Source: an uncultured Verrucomicrobiae bacterium
GTDB taxonomy: Bacteria > Verrucomicrobiota > Verrucomicrobiia > Chthoniobacterales > JAFAMB01
Assembly (NCBI GenBank): GCA_963837955.1
Contig: CAWIPH010000002.1
Location: 4,672,001-4,736,000, forward strand
Length of the DNA: 64,000 nucleotides
Direction of reading: 5' to 3'
Part shown: one piece after another, positions 19,154 through 28,992 of the stretch
How positions within the stretch are numbered: position 1 is the stretch's first letter
Layout: each line of letters begins with the position of its first letter
The notes under the pieces: generated by a model
Seen by the model: the letters and a program-made list of their open reading frames with translations, nothing else
The model's database searches: none
What the model was told of the DNA's origin: nothing
Program-made: the position numbers and the translations under genes

Positions 19154-19609
19154 ATGACGAAGTACACTTATCTGGCGCCGTTGGTTTTCCTACATCTCCT
19201 GACGGTGTTCGCGCAGACCGTTGTTGCAGTAGAGCCGATCCAGCCAAGTGTCTCACTGCCGCCGAAGTTGGCCGGAGTTATCGCAGATTATGAGAGCGCC
19301 TGGAGGGGGAAGGACTCGGCCGCCCTGGCAAGACTTTTCAGCGAGGATGGCTTTGTTTTGTCGCCCGGAAATCCCATGGTGCGGGGTCGTAAGGCGATCC
19401 AACGGTTCTACGCCGGGGCTGGCGGACCGTTGTCTCTGCGCGCTGTCGCCTTTGCCACCGAGGGGAACCTGGGCTACATCATTGGCGGGTTTAGCCCTGG
19501 CTTTGGCCTCCCCGATCGCGGGAAATTCACTCTCACCCTTCGCCGCGACCCGTCAGGGCGATGGCTGATCATGTCCGATATGGACAACGGAAACACTCGT
19601 CGCTCTTAA
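19154..19609 (+). CDS. Exported NTF2/SnoaL-like (DUF4440-like) protein
   Basis: Signal peptide; YESAWRGKDSAALARLFSEDG...RGRKAI...GRWLI. Confidence 0.8.
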   Translation: MTKYTYLAPLVFLHLLTVFAQTVVAVEPIQPSVSLPPKLAGVIADYESAWRGKDSAALARLFSEDGFVLSPGNPMVRGRKAIQRFYAGAGGPLSLRAVAFATEGNLGYIIGGFSPGFGLPDRGKFTLTLRRDPSGRWLIMSDMDNGNTRRS

Positions 19610-19648
19610 AGATCCATTAAGACTCAGCGCCCATCCCGGAGCTCCACT

Positions 19649-20314
19649 ATGGTGATAAAACGTTGTCCAAAAGTGATTCTGGAAGGCACCCGACTTACCG
19701 GCAAGACGGACCTCGCCTTTGCATTGAATGAACACCCGCGAATCGTCGGAGTGCGGAAGTATCGCTATCACTCGCCGATAATCTCGGCCGAGTGGAATGG
19801 GTTCACCCGCAGCCCGTATGGCGCCAGCCTGATCAACTTCGAGCCCGAGTCTGAAGAACTCGTGCTAGAAGCGTACCGCACCTGGGCCAAGCTATTCGAA
19901 TTGTACCGATACTATTCTTGGATCGTAGATCGTTTTCACATTTCGACCCAAGCCTGGCAGTTAATTTACGCTCATCGGCGCTACGAATTTACCTGGTTGG
20001 AAACACGCCTGGTGAAGCTTGGATTCAGATTGATTTTTTGCTGGCGGCAGCCGGACTCATTCGAAGAGGCTCGCAAACGGCGCCTGAAAATCTCGAGCAA
20101 TCCTTCCCAATACGAGGATCTCAGCCTGTTCTTGCGCGAACAAGAGGTGCTACAGGAGTTAATCGATCGCTCTTTGCTTCCAAAGTTTGTCGTCGACGTA
20201 ACCGAAAGCACCGTGGAACAAAACGCGACTCGGGTTGCGGACTGGCTGGAAGCAACCGGTGGATTGACTGCGCCAGACGAATCAAACTCTTTGCAAAAAC
20301 AGCGCCGCCGCTAA
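19649..20314 (+). CDS. Uncharacterised P-loop kinase, thymidylate/deoxynucleoside kinase-like fold
   Basis: ILEGTRLTGKT P-loop, WIVDRF motif, lid-like EEARKRRL. Confidence 0.65.
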   Translation: MVIKRCPKVILEGTRLTGKTDLAFALNEHPRIVGVRKYRYHSPIISAEWNGFTRSPYGASLINFEPESEELVLEAYRTWAKLFELYRYYSWIVDRFHISTQAWQLIYAHRRYEFTWLETRLVKLGFRLIFCWRQPDSFEEARKRRLKISSNPSQYEDLSLFLREQEVLQELIDRSLLPKFVVDVTESTVEQNATRVADWLEATGGLTAPDESNSLQKQRRR

Positions 20315-20345
20315 GATAAGAGTTATTTCCCCAAAAGTTATCGTC

Positions 20346-21521
20346 GTGGGCCGAATCCTAATCATCCTTCTAATGGTGGCGGGGGCGCATATTAGTGCGG
20401 CCTGGACTAACGGACAGCTGCTGATATGGATGGATGCCGATCGCGCTTGCGCCATGCAGCAGGTCGCCGAAAAGTTCGAACAGGATTTCGGAATTACGGT
20501 CCGGGTCGAAACACCGGAAAAGATCACCGATAGTTTTCCGCTTGCCGCCCAAGCAGGCAAAGGGCCAGACATTGTCATTTGGCCACATGATAAAGTCGGC
20601 GAATGGGCTGACGGAGGAGTGATTGCCCCGATCGAAGTCACCGCCGCTTACCAAGAGCAGCTCTATCCCATTGCCTGGGAGGCCGTACGCCATCGCAAGC
20701 AACTTTGGGGATATCCTATCAGTCTCGAAGTCGTCACCTTGATCTATAACAAGAGCCTGGTGGACACGCCTCCCGCTCAACTCAGCGATCTCATCCCTTT
20801 CCACCAAAGGTTTAAAGCGGCGCATCCGGACCTGAATTCGATTCTCTGGGATTACAGCAGTCCCTTTTATTCATGGGGCATCCTGGCCAGCGCGGGAGCT
20901 TATGCCTTTGCCAAAACGAACGATGGATACGATGCCCACAACGTTGGGGTCGCCAATAGCGGGGCAGTTCGAGCGTTATCAGAGATCGTTCACTTGATCG
21001 AAATTGGTGTTCTACCCCGAATGGCCTCCAACAGTGAGATACCCGGATCGTTGATGGCTGAGGGTAAGCTCGCTATGATTATTTCCGGACCTTGGGATTG
21101 GCCCAACCTCATGAAAAGCGGGATCGACTTTGGCGTAGCGCCAGTCCCGGGTATAGATGGCAAACCCGGAAAAGCATTCATTGGTGTTACGGTGGCCTAC
21201 CTTAACCGTAGCTCACCGAATCGAGACCTAGCGAAAGAGTTTCTGGAGAAATATGCATTCACCAAGGAAAGCTTGTGTGCGATGGACCACCTCAAGCCGA
21301 TTGGAATCCCGGCTCTCGTTTCGCTTTACGAGGAACTCTCTCAGACCAATCCCCTCCTCCGAGACATGAAGCGCTGTGCGGACGCAGGAGAAGTGATGCC
21401 GAATATTCCGCAGATGGGTCGGTTCTGGACAGCGGTGGGGGCGGCTCTTGAGCTTGCCACCAACGGCCGGACCACACCGGCAGCGGCTTTGACGGAAGCT
21501 CAACACAATATGTTGAAGTGA
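20346..21521 (+). CDS. malE: Maltose/maltodextrin-binding protein
   Basis: GQLLIW, GKGPDIVIWPHD, LIYNK, SGPWDW, GEVMPNIPQMGRFWTAV match the MalE pattern. Confidence 0.88.
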   Translation: MGRILIILLMVAGAHISAAWTNGQLLIWMDADRACAMQQVAEKFEQDFGITVRVETPEKITDSFPLAAQAGKGPDIVIWPHDKVGEWADGGVIAPIEVTAAYQEQLYPIAWEAVRHRKQLWGYPISLEVVTLIYNKSLVDTPPAQLSDLIPFHQRFKAAHPDLNSILWDYSSPFYSWGILASAGAYAFAKTNDGYDAHNVGVANSGAVRALSEIVHLIEIGVLPRMASNSEIPGSLMAEGKLAMIISGPWDWPNLMKSGIDFGVAPVPGIDGKPGKAFIGVTVAYLNRSSPNRDLAKEFLEKYAFTKESLCAMDHLKPIGIPALVSLYEELSQTNPLLRDMKRCADAGEVMPNIPQMGRFWTAVGAALELATNGRTTPAAALTEAQHNMLK

Positions 21522-21618
21522 GGCGCCTTTTCTCACTGGCACTCTGCAGGTTTGAGGAGGCGAAAGAATCCCTTGCGAGCGGTTGGGGCCATGTTAGAAG
21601 TTCGTTCTCCTCTGATCC

Positions 21619-21701
21619 GCTCGGGTGGTGAAATGGCAGACACGTACGTTTGAGGGGCGTATGCCGCAAGGCGTGGGGGTTCAAGTCCCCCCCGAGCACC
21701 A
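21619..21701 (+). tRNA. tRNA-Leu (anticodon GAG), CCA encoded
   Basis: Acceptor GCTCGGG/CCCGAGC+ACCA; anticodon arm TACGT-TTGAGGG-GCGTA; long variable arm; T-loop TTCAAGT. Confidence 0.97.
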
Positions 21702-21711
21702 CTCCTCAACT

Positions 21712-22803
21712 ATGGATAGCGCGCTACGCTCGATCACAGTCGATCTCGGTCCCCGAAGTTACCAGGTTGCTATCGGAAAAGGCCTTTTGCGACAAGCCGG
21801 GCCGACGATCCGGAATCTCGGATTCGACGGCCAGGTGGCGATCGTTACGGACGAGATTGTCGGTCGTCTTTACAGCGAACGGCTGGTTGCCTCTCTCACT
21901 CAGGCCGGATTTTCCTGTTGCCAAGAGGTCATTCCGTCTGGTGAAAATTCCAAATCTTTTGCGGTGGCAGAACAGGTGTGCGAAGCCCTCTCTCGGAGTC
22001 GAGTTGATCGATCCGGTTTCATTGTCGCCCTGGGAGGAGGGGTGGTCGGGGATCTCGCCGGTTTCGTCGCGTCGATTTACGCTCGGGGCATTCCGTACAT
22101 CCAAGTCCCGACCACGGTCATGGCTCAAGTTGACAGTGCCGTCGGCGGAAAGACAGCGATCAATCTGCACGCGGGAAAGAACCTAGTCGGTGCTTTTCAT
22201 CAACCAGCGTTGGTGCTTGCGGACACAGACACCCTGGCAACGCTACCGGCGCGCGTAAAGAGCGAAGGCCTTGCGGAGGTCATCAAATATGGCGTCATCG
22301 AGCAACCAAATCTGCTGGATGCTCTCTCGGAACCTAGCCTTTCAGATCTCGGGCCCCTGATTGCGGACTGTGTTTCAATCAAAACTCGGATCGTGGTCCA
22401 AGACGAACGAGAAAGTTCGGGAGAGCGCGCACTCTTAAATTTCGGCCATACAATCGGTCATGGGATTGAGGCCGTTGCCGGATATGGAACGATGCTTCAT
22501 GGCGAAGCGATAAGTCTGGGCATGCGGGCTGCCATGTGGCTTTCTGTACGCAGGGCCGGATTTCCAGAAAGAGATTACCAAAGGGTCGTATCGCTGCTCG
22601 AGGAGCTTGGTCTTCCGACCGTGCTCCCTCATAATTTCTCGACCGAAGCCATCATCGATAAGGTCTCTACCGATAAGAAATTTGTTCGGGGAGAAGTGCG
22701 CTTCGTTCTGACTCCTGGTTTAGGTGCGGCATTCGTTTCGGATAAAATTACAAGGGACGATCTTGCCACCGCCGTGGACGTCTTGAGAGAATCACACGTG
22801 TGA
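21712..22803 (+). CDS. aroB: 3-dehydroquinate synthase
   Basis: GENSKS, ALGGGVVGDLAGF, QVDSAVGGKT, GKNLVGAFHQP, LLNFGHTIGH, HGEAI; start moved downstream of the tRNA. Confidence 0.96.
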   Translation: MDSALRSITVDLGPRSYQVAIGKGLLRQAGPTIRNLGFDGQVAIVTDEIVGRLYSERLVASLTQAGFSCCQEVIPSGENSKSFAVAEQVCEALSRSRVDRSGFIVALGGGVVGDLAGFVASIYARGIPYIQVPTTVMAQVDSAVGGKTAINLHAGKNLVGAFHQPALVLADTDTLATLPARVKSEGLAEVIKYGVIEQPNLLDALSEPSLSDLGPLIADCVSIKTRIVVQDERESSGERALLNFGHTIGHGIEAVAGYGTMLHGEAISLGMRAAMWLSVRRAGFPERDYQRVVSLLEELGLPTVLPHNFSTEAIIDKVSTDKKFVRGEVRFVLTPGLGAAFVSDKITRDDLATAVDVLRESHV

Positions 22804-23888
22804 CCCGTACCGAGGCGTATATTGCTTTGAATATGGTGGCCCATCTGGGCCCGATTCGATTGCGCAAGCTTCTAGATCGTTTTCAGGACCCGCAGCGAAT
22901 CCTCCAAGCCAGCCGGGCGGAGTTACAGGAGATCGAAGGTTTACCGAATCCTGCCATTGAAGCGATCCTATCCTGGGAGTCAGAGAATGATTTGACCAAC
23001 GAGCTCCGTCGGATCAACGACTATGGCGCCAAAATTCTTACTCAGGAAGATCATCTCTACCCTCGACTTCTGCGCGAAATTTATGATCCGCCAATCGTTC
23101 TGTATGTCTGGGGCGAGATTTTGGAGCGTGATCAACACGCGATCGGAGTTGTCGGTTCGAGACGCACTACCCATTACGGAATCGAATGCGCGAAGCGCCT
23201 TTCTTATCAAATCGCGTATTCCGGAATAACGGTGGTAAGTGGATTGGCGCGCGGAATCGATACCGCAGCGCACCAAGGGGCGTTAGCTGCCAAAGGCCGG
23301 ACAATCGCAGTGCTCGGTACCGGATTGAATTACCTCTATCCAGCCGAGAACCGGGCGCTTGCGGAAAAAATCAGTACCTCCGGAGCGATCGTTACTGAAT
23401 TTCCAATGGACACCACACCGGATCGGCAAACGTTTCCGATGCGTAATCGGATCATCAGTGGTCTAAGCTTTGGCCTTTTGGTGGTAGAGGCTGGGGCGAA
23501 TAGCGGCGCATTGATCAGCGCATCGCAAGCTGCCGAACAAGGCCGATCCCTCTACTCGGTACCTGGACCGATCGACCGGCCCACTTCATTTGGATCGAAT
23601 CGTCTTATTCAACAAGGCGCGAAATTGGTGATGAGTGTCGATGATATTCTAGAGGATTTACAGACGCTTTTCCCGAAGCCGCCCGAACTCGTTGCCAGCC
23701 GGCCGCCGGACTTGGAGGGCGATCTACTGACTGTCTATAAAGCAATTGGCTCGACCGAAACTTCGATCGATACCATCATCGAAGCGTCCGGCCTCATGGC
23801 CGGCACGGTAAGCGCAACTCTTCTCCAACTCGAGATGCGCCGGCTGGTCCGTCAGCTACCGGGAAAGTTTTTTGTGAAACTTCTTTGA
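22800..23888 (+). CDS. dprA: DNA processing protein DprA
   Basis: VVGSRR, VSGLARGIDTAAH, FPMRNRIISG, VVEAG, C-terminal winged helix. Confidence 0.95.
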   Translation: MTRTEAYIALNMVAHLGPIRLRKLLDRFQDPQRILQASRAELQEIEGLPNPAIEAILSWESENDLTNELRRINDYGAKILTQEDHLYPRLLREIYDPPIVLYVWGEILERDQHAIGVVGSRRTTHYGIECAKRLSYQIAYSGITVVSGLARGIDTAAHQGALAAKGRTIAVLGTGLNYLYPAENRALAEKISTSGAIVTEFPMDTTPDRQTFPMRNRIISGLSFGLLVVEAGANSGALISASQAAEQGRSLYSVPGPIDRPTSFGSNRLIQQGAKLVMSVDDILEDLQTLFPKPPELVASRPPDLEGDLLTVYKAIGSTETSIDTIIEASGLMAGTVSATLLQLEMRRLVRQLPGKFFVKLL

Positions 23889-23967
23889 CGCAAATTTTCG
23901 GTCTACTCACGAGGAAACCCGTCTCGCCTCCAACCTCTTGCGAGCATAGGGAGGAAGAACAAATGAG

Positions 23968-23996
23968 TTGCCACTTAGGAGGTTGGCCTTTACTGT
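23968..23996 (+). promoter_or_regulatory. Putative sigma70 promoter of the topoisomerase gene
   Basis: TTGCCA-17 nt-TACTGT, 40 nt upstream of ATG 24037. Confidence 0.4.
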
Positions 23997-24036
23997 CCCG
24001 CTCCAAATTTGGGAGCCGAACAGACGAACTTTGCTG

Positions 24037-26517
24037 ATGGGTAAAACACTGGTCATCGCGGAAAAGCCGAGTGTCGCCCTCGATTTCACCCGCGCACTGG
24101 GGAGATTCGAGAAGCAAGGCGAATACTTCGAAAATGACCGCTTCATCGTCTCATCAGCCATCGGCCATCTGGTGGAACTTTGCTTGCCAGGTGAGCTCGA
24201 CAAGAAACGCGGGAAATGGAGTTTCCAGAGTTTGCCTATTATTCCGGATGAGTTCGAACTGAAACCGATCGCGAAAACGGAAGCAAGGTTCAAGCTTCTG
24301 AAGCGCCTGATGAAGCGTGACGACGTCGATCTCATCGTCAACGCTTGCGATGCCGGACGAGAAGGAGAATTGATTTTTCGGTACTTGGTTCGACTGGCTG
24401 GAGTCCATAAACCATCGCAGCGACTTTGGTTGCAATCGATGACTTTGGAATCGATTCGATCCGCGTTTGATCATTTGCGGTCCGATCAGGAAATGATACC
24501 GCTGGCCGAAGCCGCGGTCTGCCGCTCTGAGAGCGACTGGCTGGTGGGCATAAATGCCACCAGAGCGATGACAGCCTTCAACTCTAAAGTTGGCGGCTTC
24601 CAACTAACTCCAGTTGGACGAGTGCAAACTCCTACTCTGGCGATATTGGTAGAGCGGGAAGTAAAAATCCGGACCTTTCAACCGCGAACTTATTGGGAAT
24701 TGTTTGCCGATTTCGAAATTGGCAAAGGAATCTATCGAGGACGCTGGTTTGACGAATCGTTTACGAAGGATCCGGATGAAGATCGCAGGGCGGAGCGGAT
24801 TTGGTCCGCCGAGAAGGCAGAGACGATCAAAGCGAAGGTGGTCGGCAAGACCGGAACGATCTCGGAAGAAAAAAAGCCAACTACTCAAGCTCCGCCGTTA
24901 CTCTACGATCTCACTTCGTTGCAACGCGAGGCCAACGGTCGTTTCGGTTTCTCCGCCCGCCGAACTCTCCAAGTCGCTCAGCAGCTTTATGAGCGGTATA
25001 AGTTAATCACCTACCCGAGAACCGACTCTCGCTATCTGCCAGAAGATTATTTGGGGACGGCTACTAATGTCCTGCGCAATTTGCGAGATCCCTCGCTCGC
25101 GCCACACGCTCAAAAGGCCTTACAAAGCGGTTGGGTACGACCGAGCAAACGGATCTTTAACAACGCAAAAATAACGGATCACAACGCCATCATTCCGACC
25201 GGTGAAACTCCGAAGCATCTCGACGAAGCCCAACAAAAGCTCTTCGATATGATCACCCGCCGCTTTGTAGCGGTTTTTTTCCCGGCTGCCCAGTTCGAGG
25301 TGACAACGCGCATTACCCGCGTTGCAGAGGAAGCCTTCAAAACGGAAGGAAAGATCATCAAAGATCCAGGCTGGCTAGCTGTCTACGGAAGGCAGGCTGC
25401 TGGGGACGATGAAAGCGAAACTTTGGTGGAATTGACCGGGAGCGAGTCCGCAATCACTCGCAACGCAGAAATCAAAGAGAGCCAGACTAAGCCGCCCGCT
25501 CGTTACTCTGAAGCGACGCTCCTTTCCGCGATGGAAAGCGCCGGTAAACTGGTGGACGATGAAGAGCTGCGAGACGCGATGTCCGCCAAAGGCCTGGGAA
25601 CGCCGGCTACCCGTGCCGCGATCATTGAAGGCCTGATTCAAGACGGATATATCGCCCGAGAGGGTCGCGAGTTGATTGCAACCGCGAAAGGGATCTCCCT
25701 GGTTACGTTACTCAGGGGAATCGGCATCGAGTTGCTCTCTTCGCCTGAATTGACCGGAGAATGGGAGTATCAGCTCAAGTTGATGGAACAGGGCCAGCTG
25801 GAAAGGCCCGAGTTCATGTCCAAAATCAAAGATTTGACCCGGCAAATCGTGGATAAGGCAAAAAATTTTGAGAGTGACGTGGTCGAGGGTATCTATGTCA
25901 CGCTGGAGGTCAAATGTCCGAATTGCGGAGCCCCCCAACTAAAAGAGGATTATCGGACGTATCATTGCCAGACCTGTGGTTTTCGACTCTTTAAGAACAT
26001 TGCCAGTCGCGAACTGAGTCCGGAAGAAGCGACCGTTTTGGTGCGAGAAAGAAAGCTTGGGCCGCTTGACGGCTTCCGCAGCAAAACCGGCCGACTTTTC
26101 TCGGCGCAATTGATCTTGAACGAGGAGAACAAACCGCAGTTCTCTTTTGAGAATAACGGCCTGTCCGCCAATTTAGAAGTCGATCCGGCCACTCATCCGG
26201 TGGTCGGACCTTGCCAGGTTTGTGGAACAGGTTCTGTCTACGACTTGGGCTCGGTCTATATTTGCGAGAACGTGTCGAAGGGCACATGCACGTTCAAGAT
26301 GAGCAAGACGATCTTGCAGCGGGAAGTATCACCCGATCAGCTTAAAAAGATGTTAATCGAAGGGAGGAGCGACTTGCTCCGTCGGTTCATATCCAAAAAA
26401 GGCCGCCCATTTGACGCGGTTCTTACGTTGAACAAGGGGAAGATGGGGTGGGAATTCGCCAAGCGCCCAACTCGAAAAAAGCGAACTCCTGGGCCAGCCG
26501 AGGGGAAAACGTCCTAG
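24037..26517 (+). CDS. topB: Type IA DNA topoisomerase, Topo III-like, with C-terminal zinc ribbons and basic repeats
   Basis: IAEKPS, CDAGREGELI, GRVQTPTL, YPRTDS (catalytic Tyr), GLGTPATRA, CPNC/CQTC/CQVC, FRSKTGRLFSA / FISKKGRPFDA. Confidence 0.85.
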   Translation: MGKTLVIAEKPSVALDFTRALGRFEKQGEYFENDRFIVSSAIGHLVELCLPGELDKKRGKWSFQSLPIIPDEFELKPIAKTEARFKLLKRLMKRDDVDLIVNACDAGREGELIFRYLVRLAGVHKPSQRLWLQSMTLESIRSAFDHLRSDQEMIPLAEAAVCRSESDWLVGINATRAMTAFNSKVGGFQLTPVGRVQTPTLAILVEREVKIRTFQPRTYWELFADFEIGKGIYRGRWFDESFTKDPDEDRRAERIWSAEKAETIKAKVVGKTGTISEEKKPTTQAPPLLYDLTSLQREANGRFGFSARRTLQVAQQLYERYKLITYPRTDSRYLPEDYLGTATNVLRNLRDPSLAPHAQKALQSGWVRPSKRIFNNAKITDHNAIIPTGETPKHLDEAQQKLFDMITRRFVAVFFPAAQFEVTTRITRVAEEAFKTEGKIIKDPGWLAVYGRQAAGDDESETLVELTGSESAITRNAEIKESQTKPPARYSEATLLSAMESAGKLVDDEELRDAMSAKGLGTPATRAAIIEGLIQDGYIAREGRELIATAKGISLVTLLRGIGIELLSSPELTGEWEYQLKLMEQGQLERPEFMSKIKDLTRQIVDKAKNFESDVVEGIYVTLEVKCPNCGAPQLKEDYRTYHCQTCGFRLFKNIASRELSPEEATVLVRERKLGPLDGFRSKTGRLFSAQLILNEENKPQFSFENNGLSANLEVDPATHPVVGPCQVCGTGSVYDLGSVYICENVSKGTCTFKMSKTILQREVSPDQLKKMLIEGRSDLLRRFISKKGRPFDAVLTLNKGKMGWEFAKRPTRKKRTPGPAEGKTS

Positions 26518-26550
26518 GGCAGGAACCGCCGCTTGGACGGCACGCGTTGT

Positions 26551-28743
26551 CTACGTCGGTTGAACGACTCCTTCAACGCTTTCTTTTTTTCCGGAAGTCT
26601 TCACGACCACCGGCTTAGCTTCAATCTCGACACGCTTTCGCTTTGTTATCTGATCAAGAAAGAGTGCCTGCACATCAATCCGTTCACCGTCGATCGGCAG
26701 CCGGCGGTAGGTGAACCCAGGTCCTTGTTCCCTGGCTTTCACGTTATCCTGCCAATAGTACTCCAGCATTTGGTCGATTTGCGCTTTGAGATCTTGCTCC
26801 TCAATCGGAAAACAAGTTTCAACGCGCCGGAAAAAGTTGCGCGGCATCCAATCGGCGCTGGCCAAATAGATCGCTGGCTGTCCAGCATTCTCGAATCGAA
26901 AGATTCTGCTGTGCTCCAAAAAGCGACCGACCAAACTACGCACAACGATATTCTCGCTCACGCCCGGGACTTGTGCGCGCAGACTACAGACTCCCCGAAT
27001 TAACAGGCGGATGCGAACGCCGGCCTGTGATGCCAGATAAAGGGCCTGAATAGTTTCAGTGTCGACGAGCGAGTTGAGCTTGGCGAAAATGGTTGCAGGT
27101 TTTCCGGCTTTGGCGTTCTCTGCCTCGCGTTCAATCATCTCGAGGACAAATTCATGAAGCGCTTTGGGAGCTGCCTTGATTTTTCTCAACTCGGGAAAAA
27201 CCGAGACACCGGTAAGCCAGTTAAACAGTTCCGCACAATCGTCCGTCAGAACTGGATCACACGTAAGGTAACCCAGATCGGTGTATAGCCGCGCGGTCGA
27301 AGGGTGGTAATTCCCGGTTCCCAGATGCAAATAGCGGCGGAGGCCATCTTCCTCCTTACGGACGACCAATGCGAGCTTGGCATGGGTTTTTAGCCCAACG
27401 ATTCCGTACACGACATGGACTCCAGCCTCCTGAAGCGTTCGCGCCCATTTGATATTGGCCGCTTCGTCGAAGCGCGCCTTAAGCTCAATCACGACCGTTA
27501 CTTGCTTACCGCTTTCGGCCGCCTCTCCCAGCGAGGCAACGATCTGAGAATCCCCGCTGGTTCGGTACAAAGTTTGCTTGATCGCCAGCACGTTCGGGTC
27601 TTGTGCTGCTTGCTCAATAAAGTCGAGCACACTTTGAAAACTCTCGTAGGGATGGTGCACCAGAATAGAGCGGCGGCGAATCTGGGAGAAAATGTCGTCC
27701 TGATCTTCGGGGGCAGTGACGATCGCCGGAACGAATGGCTTAAATTTGAGATCGGGCCGGTCGACCCCAGAAATCACCGGCATCAATCGCAGGAAATTGA
27801 TGGGTCCATCTACGGCATACAAATCGGCGTCGGTGAGACCGAACGTCTGCAGAAGTTGATCTGAGATATGCGGCGGACACTCTTGCTGAACTTCAAGGCG
27901 GACCGCATCCCCCCGGCTACGCTTGCGCAACTCCAATTCGATCGCTTTCAGTAAATTCTCGGATTCCTCTTCGTCAAGATACAGGTCGCTATTGCGGGTA
28001 ACCCGGAACTGATAGGCACCTTTTACCTTCACCCCATGAAATAATGCGCCTACGTGCGCTTGGATAAGGTTTCCAATGAAAATATACCGGTAAATGCCGC
28101 GTTCGCCGGCTTTGTAAGGAAGCAAACGAGGCAAAATTCTCGGCACCTGGACGATAGCCAGATTGGTGTTGAGATCCTTTCCCTCCAGTTCCACAACCAC
28201 ATTTAAGCTCTTGTTGAGAAGCTGAGGGAAAGGATGGACCGGATCGACCGCCAGAGGCGTTAGCACCGGGTAGACGGAGGTTCGGAAATAGTTGGAATAG
28301 TAGTTCTTTTCGTCGGGGCTGAGTTCCTCGTAGCGCAGAAAAAAAATGTTCTGATTCTCGAGTGCAGGGACTAAGGATTCTTTCCAAAGGCGGTATTGGT
28401 CGTCCAACATCTTCCGGACCCGAACCGAAATCGCAGCTAGCTGATCCGTCGGGCTCATCCCATCCGGCCCGGCATCGCTGATTCCGCTCTGGCGCTGTTG
28501 ATTTAGCCCAGCAACCCGGACCTCGAAAAATTCGTCGAGGTTCGAGCTGAGGATACAGAGAAACTTAACCCGCTCCAAAAGCGGATTGTTCGCATCCTGT
28601 GCTTCTTCTAAAACCCGCTGGTTGAATTCAAGCCAACTAAGCTCTCGGTTGATATAAAGCGACGGGTCTGTAAGAGAAGGTGTCGGGGGGAGCTGCATGA
28701 GTTTCCGTTTCGTCGTGAGCTGATAGAGCCGTCTCGCCTGCAT
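26551..28743 (-). CDS. ppk1: Polyphosphate kinase 1
   Basis: YINRELSWLEFNQRV, HHPYESF, IKQTLYRT, ELKARFDE, KTHAK, GRFLEHSR; start at 28743 or 28698. Confidence 0.96.
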   Translation of the reverse strand: MQARRLYQLTTKRKLMQLPPTPSLTDPSLYINRELSWLEFNQRVLEEAQDANNPLLERVKFLCILSSNLDEFFEVRVAGLNQQRQSGISDAGPDGMSPTDQLAAISVRVRKMLDDQYRLWKESLVPALENQNIFFLRYEELSPDEKNYYSNYFRTSVYPVLTPLAVDPVHPFPQLLNKSLNVVVELEGKDLNTNLAIVQVPRILPRLLPYKAGERGIYRYIFIGNLIQAHVGALFHGVKVKGAYQFRVTRNSDLYLDEEESENLLKAIELELRKRSRGDAVRLEVQQECPPHISDQLLQTFGLTDADLYAVDGPINFLRLMPVISGVDRPDLKFKPFVPAIVTAPEDQDDIFSQIRRRSILVHHPYESFQSVLDFIEQAAQDPNVLAIKQTLYRTSGDSQIVASLGEAAESGKQVTVVIELKARFDEAANIKWARTLQEAGVHVVYGIVGLKTHAKLALVVRKEEDGLRRYLHLGTGNYHPSTARLYTDLGYLTCDPVLTDDCAELFNWLTGVSVFPELRKIKAAPKALHEFVLEMIEREAENAKAGKPATIFAKLNSLVDTETIQALYLASQAGVRIRLLIRGVCSLRAQVPGVSENIVVRSLVGRFLEHSRIFRFENAGQPAIYLASADWMPRNFFRRVETCFPIEEQDLKAQIDQMLEYYWQDNVKAREQGPGFTYRRLPIDGERIDVQALFLDQITKRKRVEIEAKPVVVKTSGKKESVEGVVQPT

Positions 28744-28783
28744 CCTTGTATACCTCGAATTTCCCCAACCGCTACCGGTCGGA

Positions 28784-28802
28784 TGTGACAATTCGGTTAC
28801 AC
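28784..28802 (-). promoter_or_regulatory. Pho-box-like direct repeat upstream of ppk1
   Basis: Minus strand GTGTAAC-CGAA-TTGTCAC, 11-bp period. Confidence 0.45.
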
Positions 28803-28992
28803 TACCATAGTTGGCCGCTTCCGGACAGAACAATGGCGCTTGAAAGTGAACCTACTCAAAGACATGAATGCCGCCATGAGATCGCGGTTCCACCCTCGGC
28901 CGCAGGCGAAAACGACTACGCAATGTCTACGTCGGGGCTGGCTTTGTGGCGTTCCCCAAACGCTGCTAGCGTGTTGGCGACAGCCTCGATAG

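Noticed and set aside
21625..21711. N-terminal extension of AroB in the ORF track
   Set aside because: It is read-through of the tRNA gene; homology starts at ATG 21712
21619..21720. Genomic island integrated at tRNA-Leu
   Set aside because: The tRNA 3' end runs straight into core aroB; no duplicated att sequence or integrase seen
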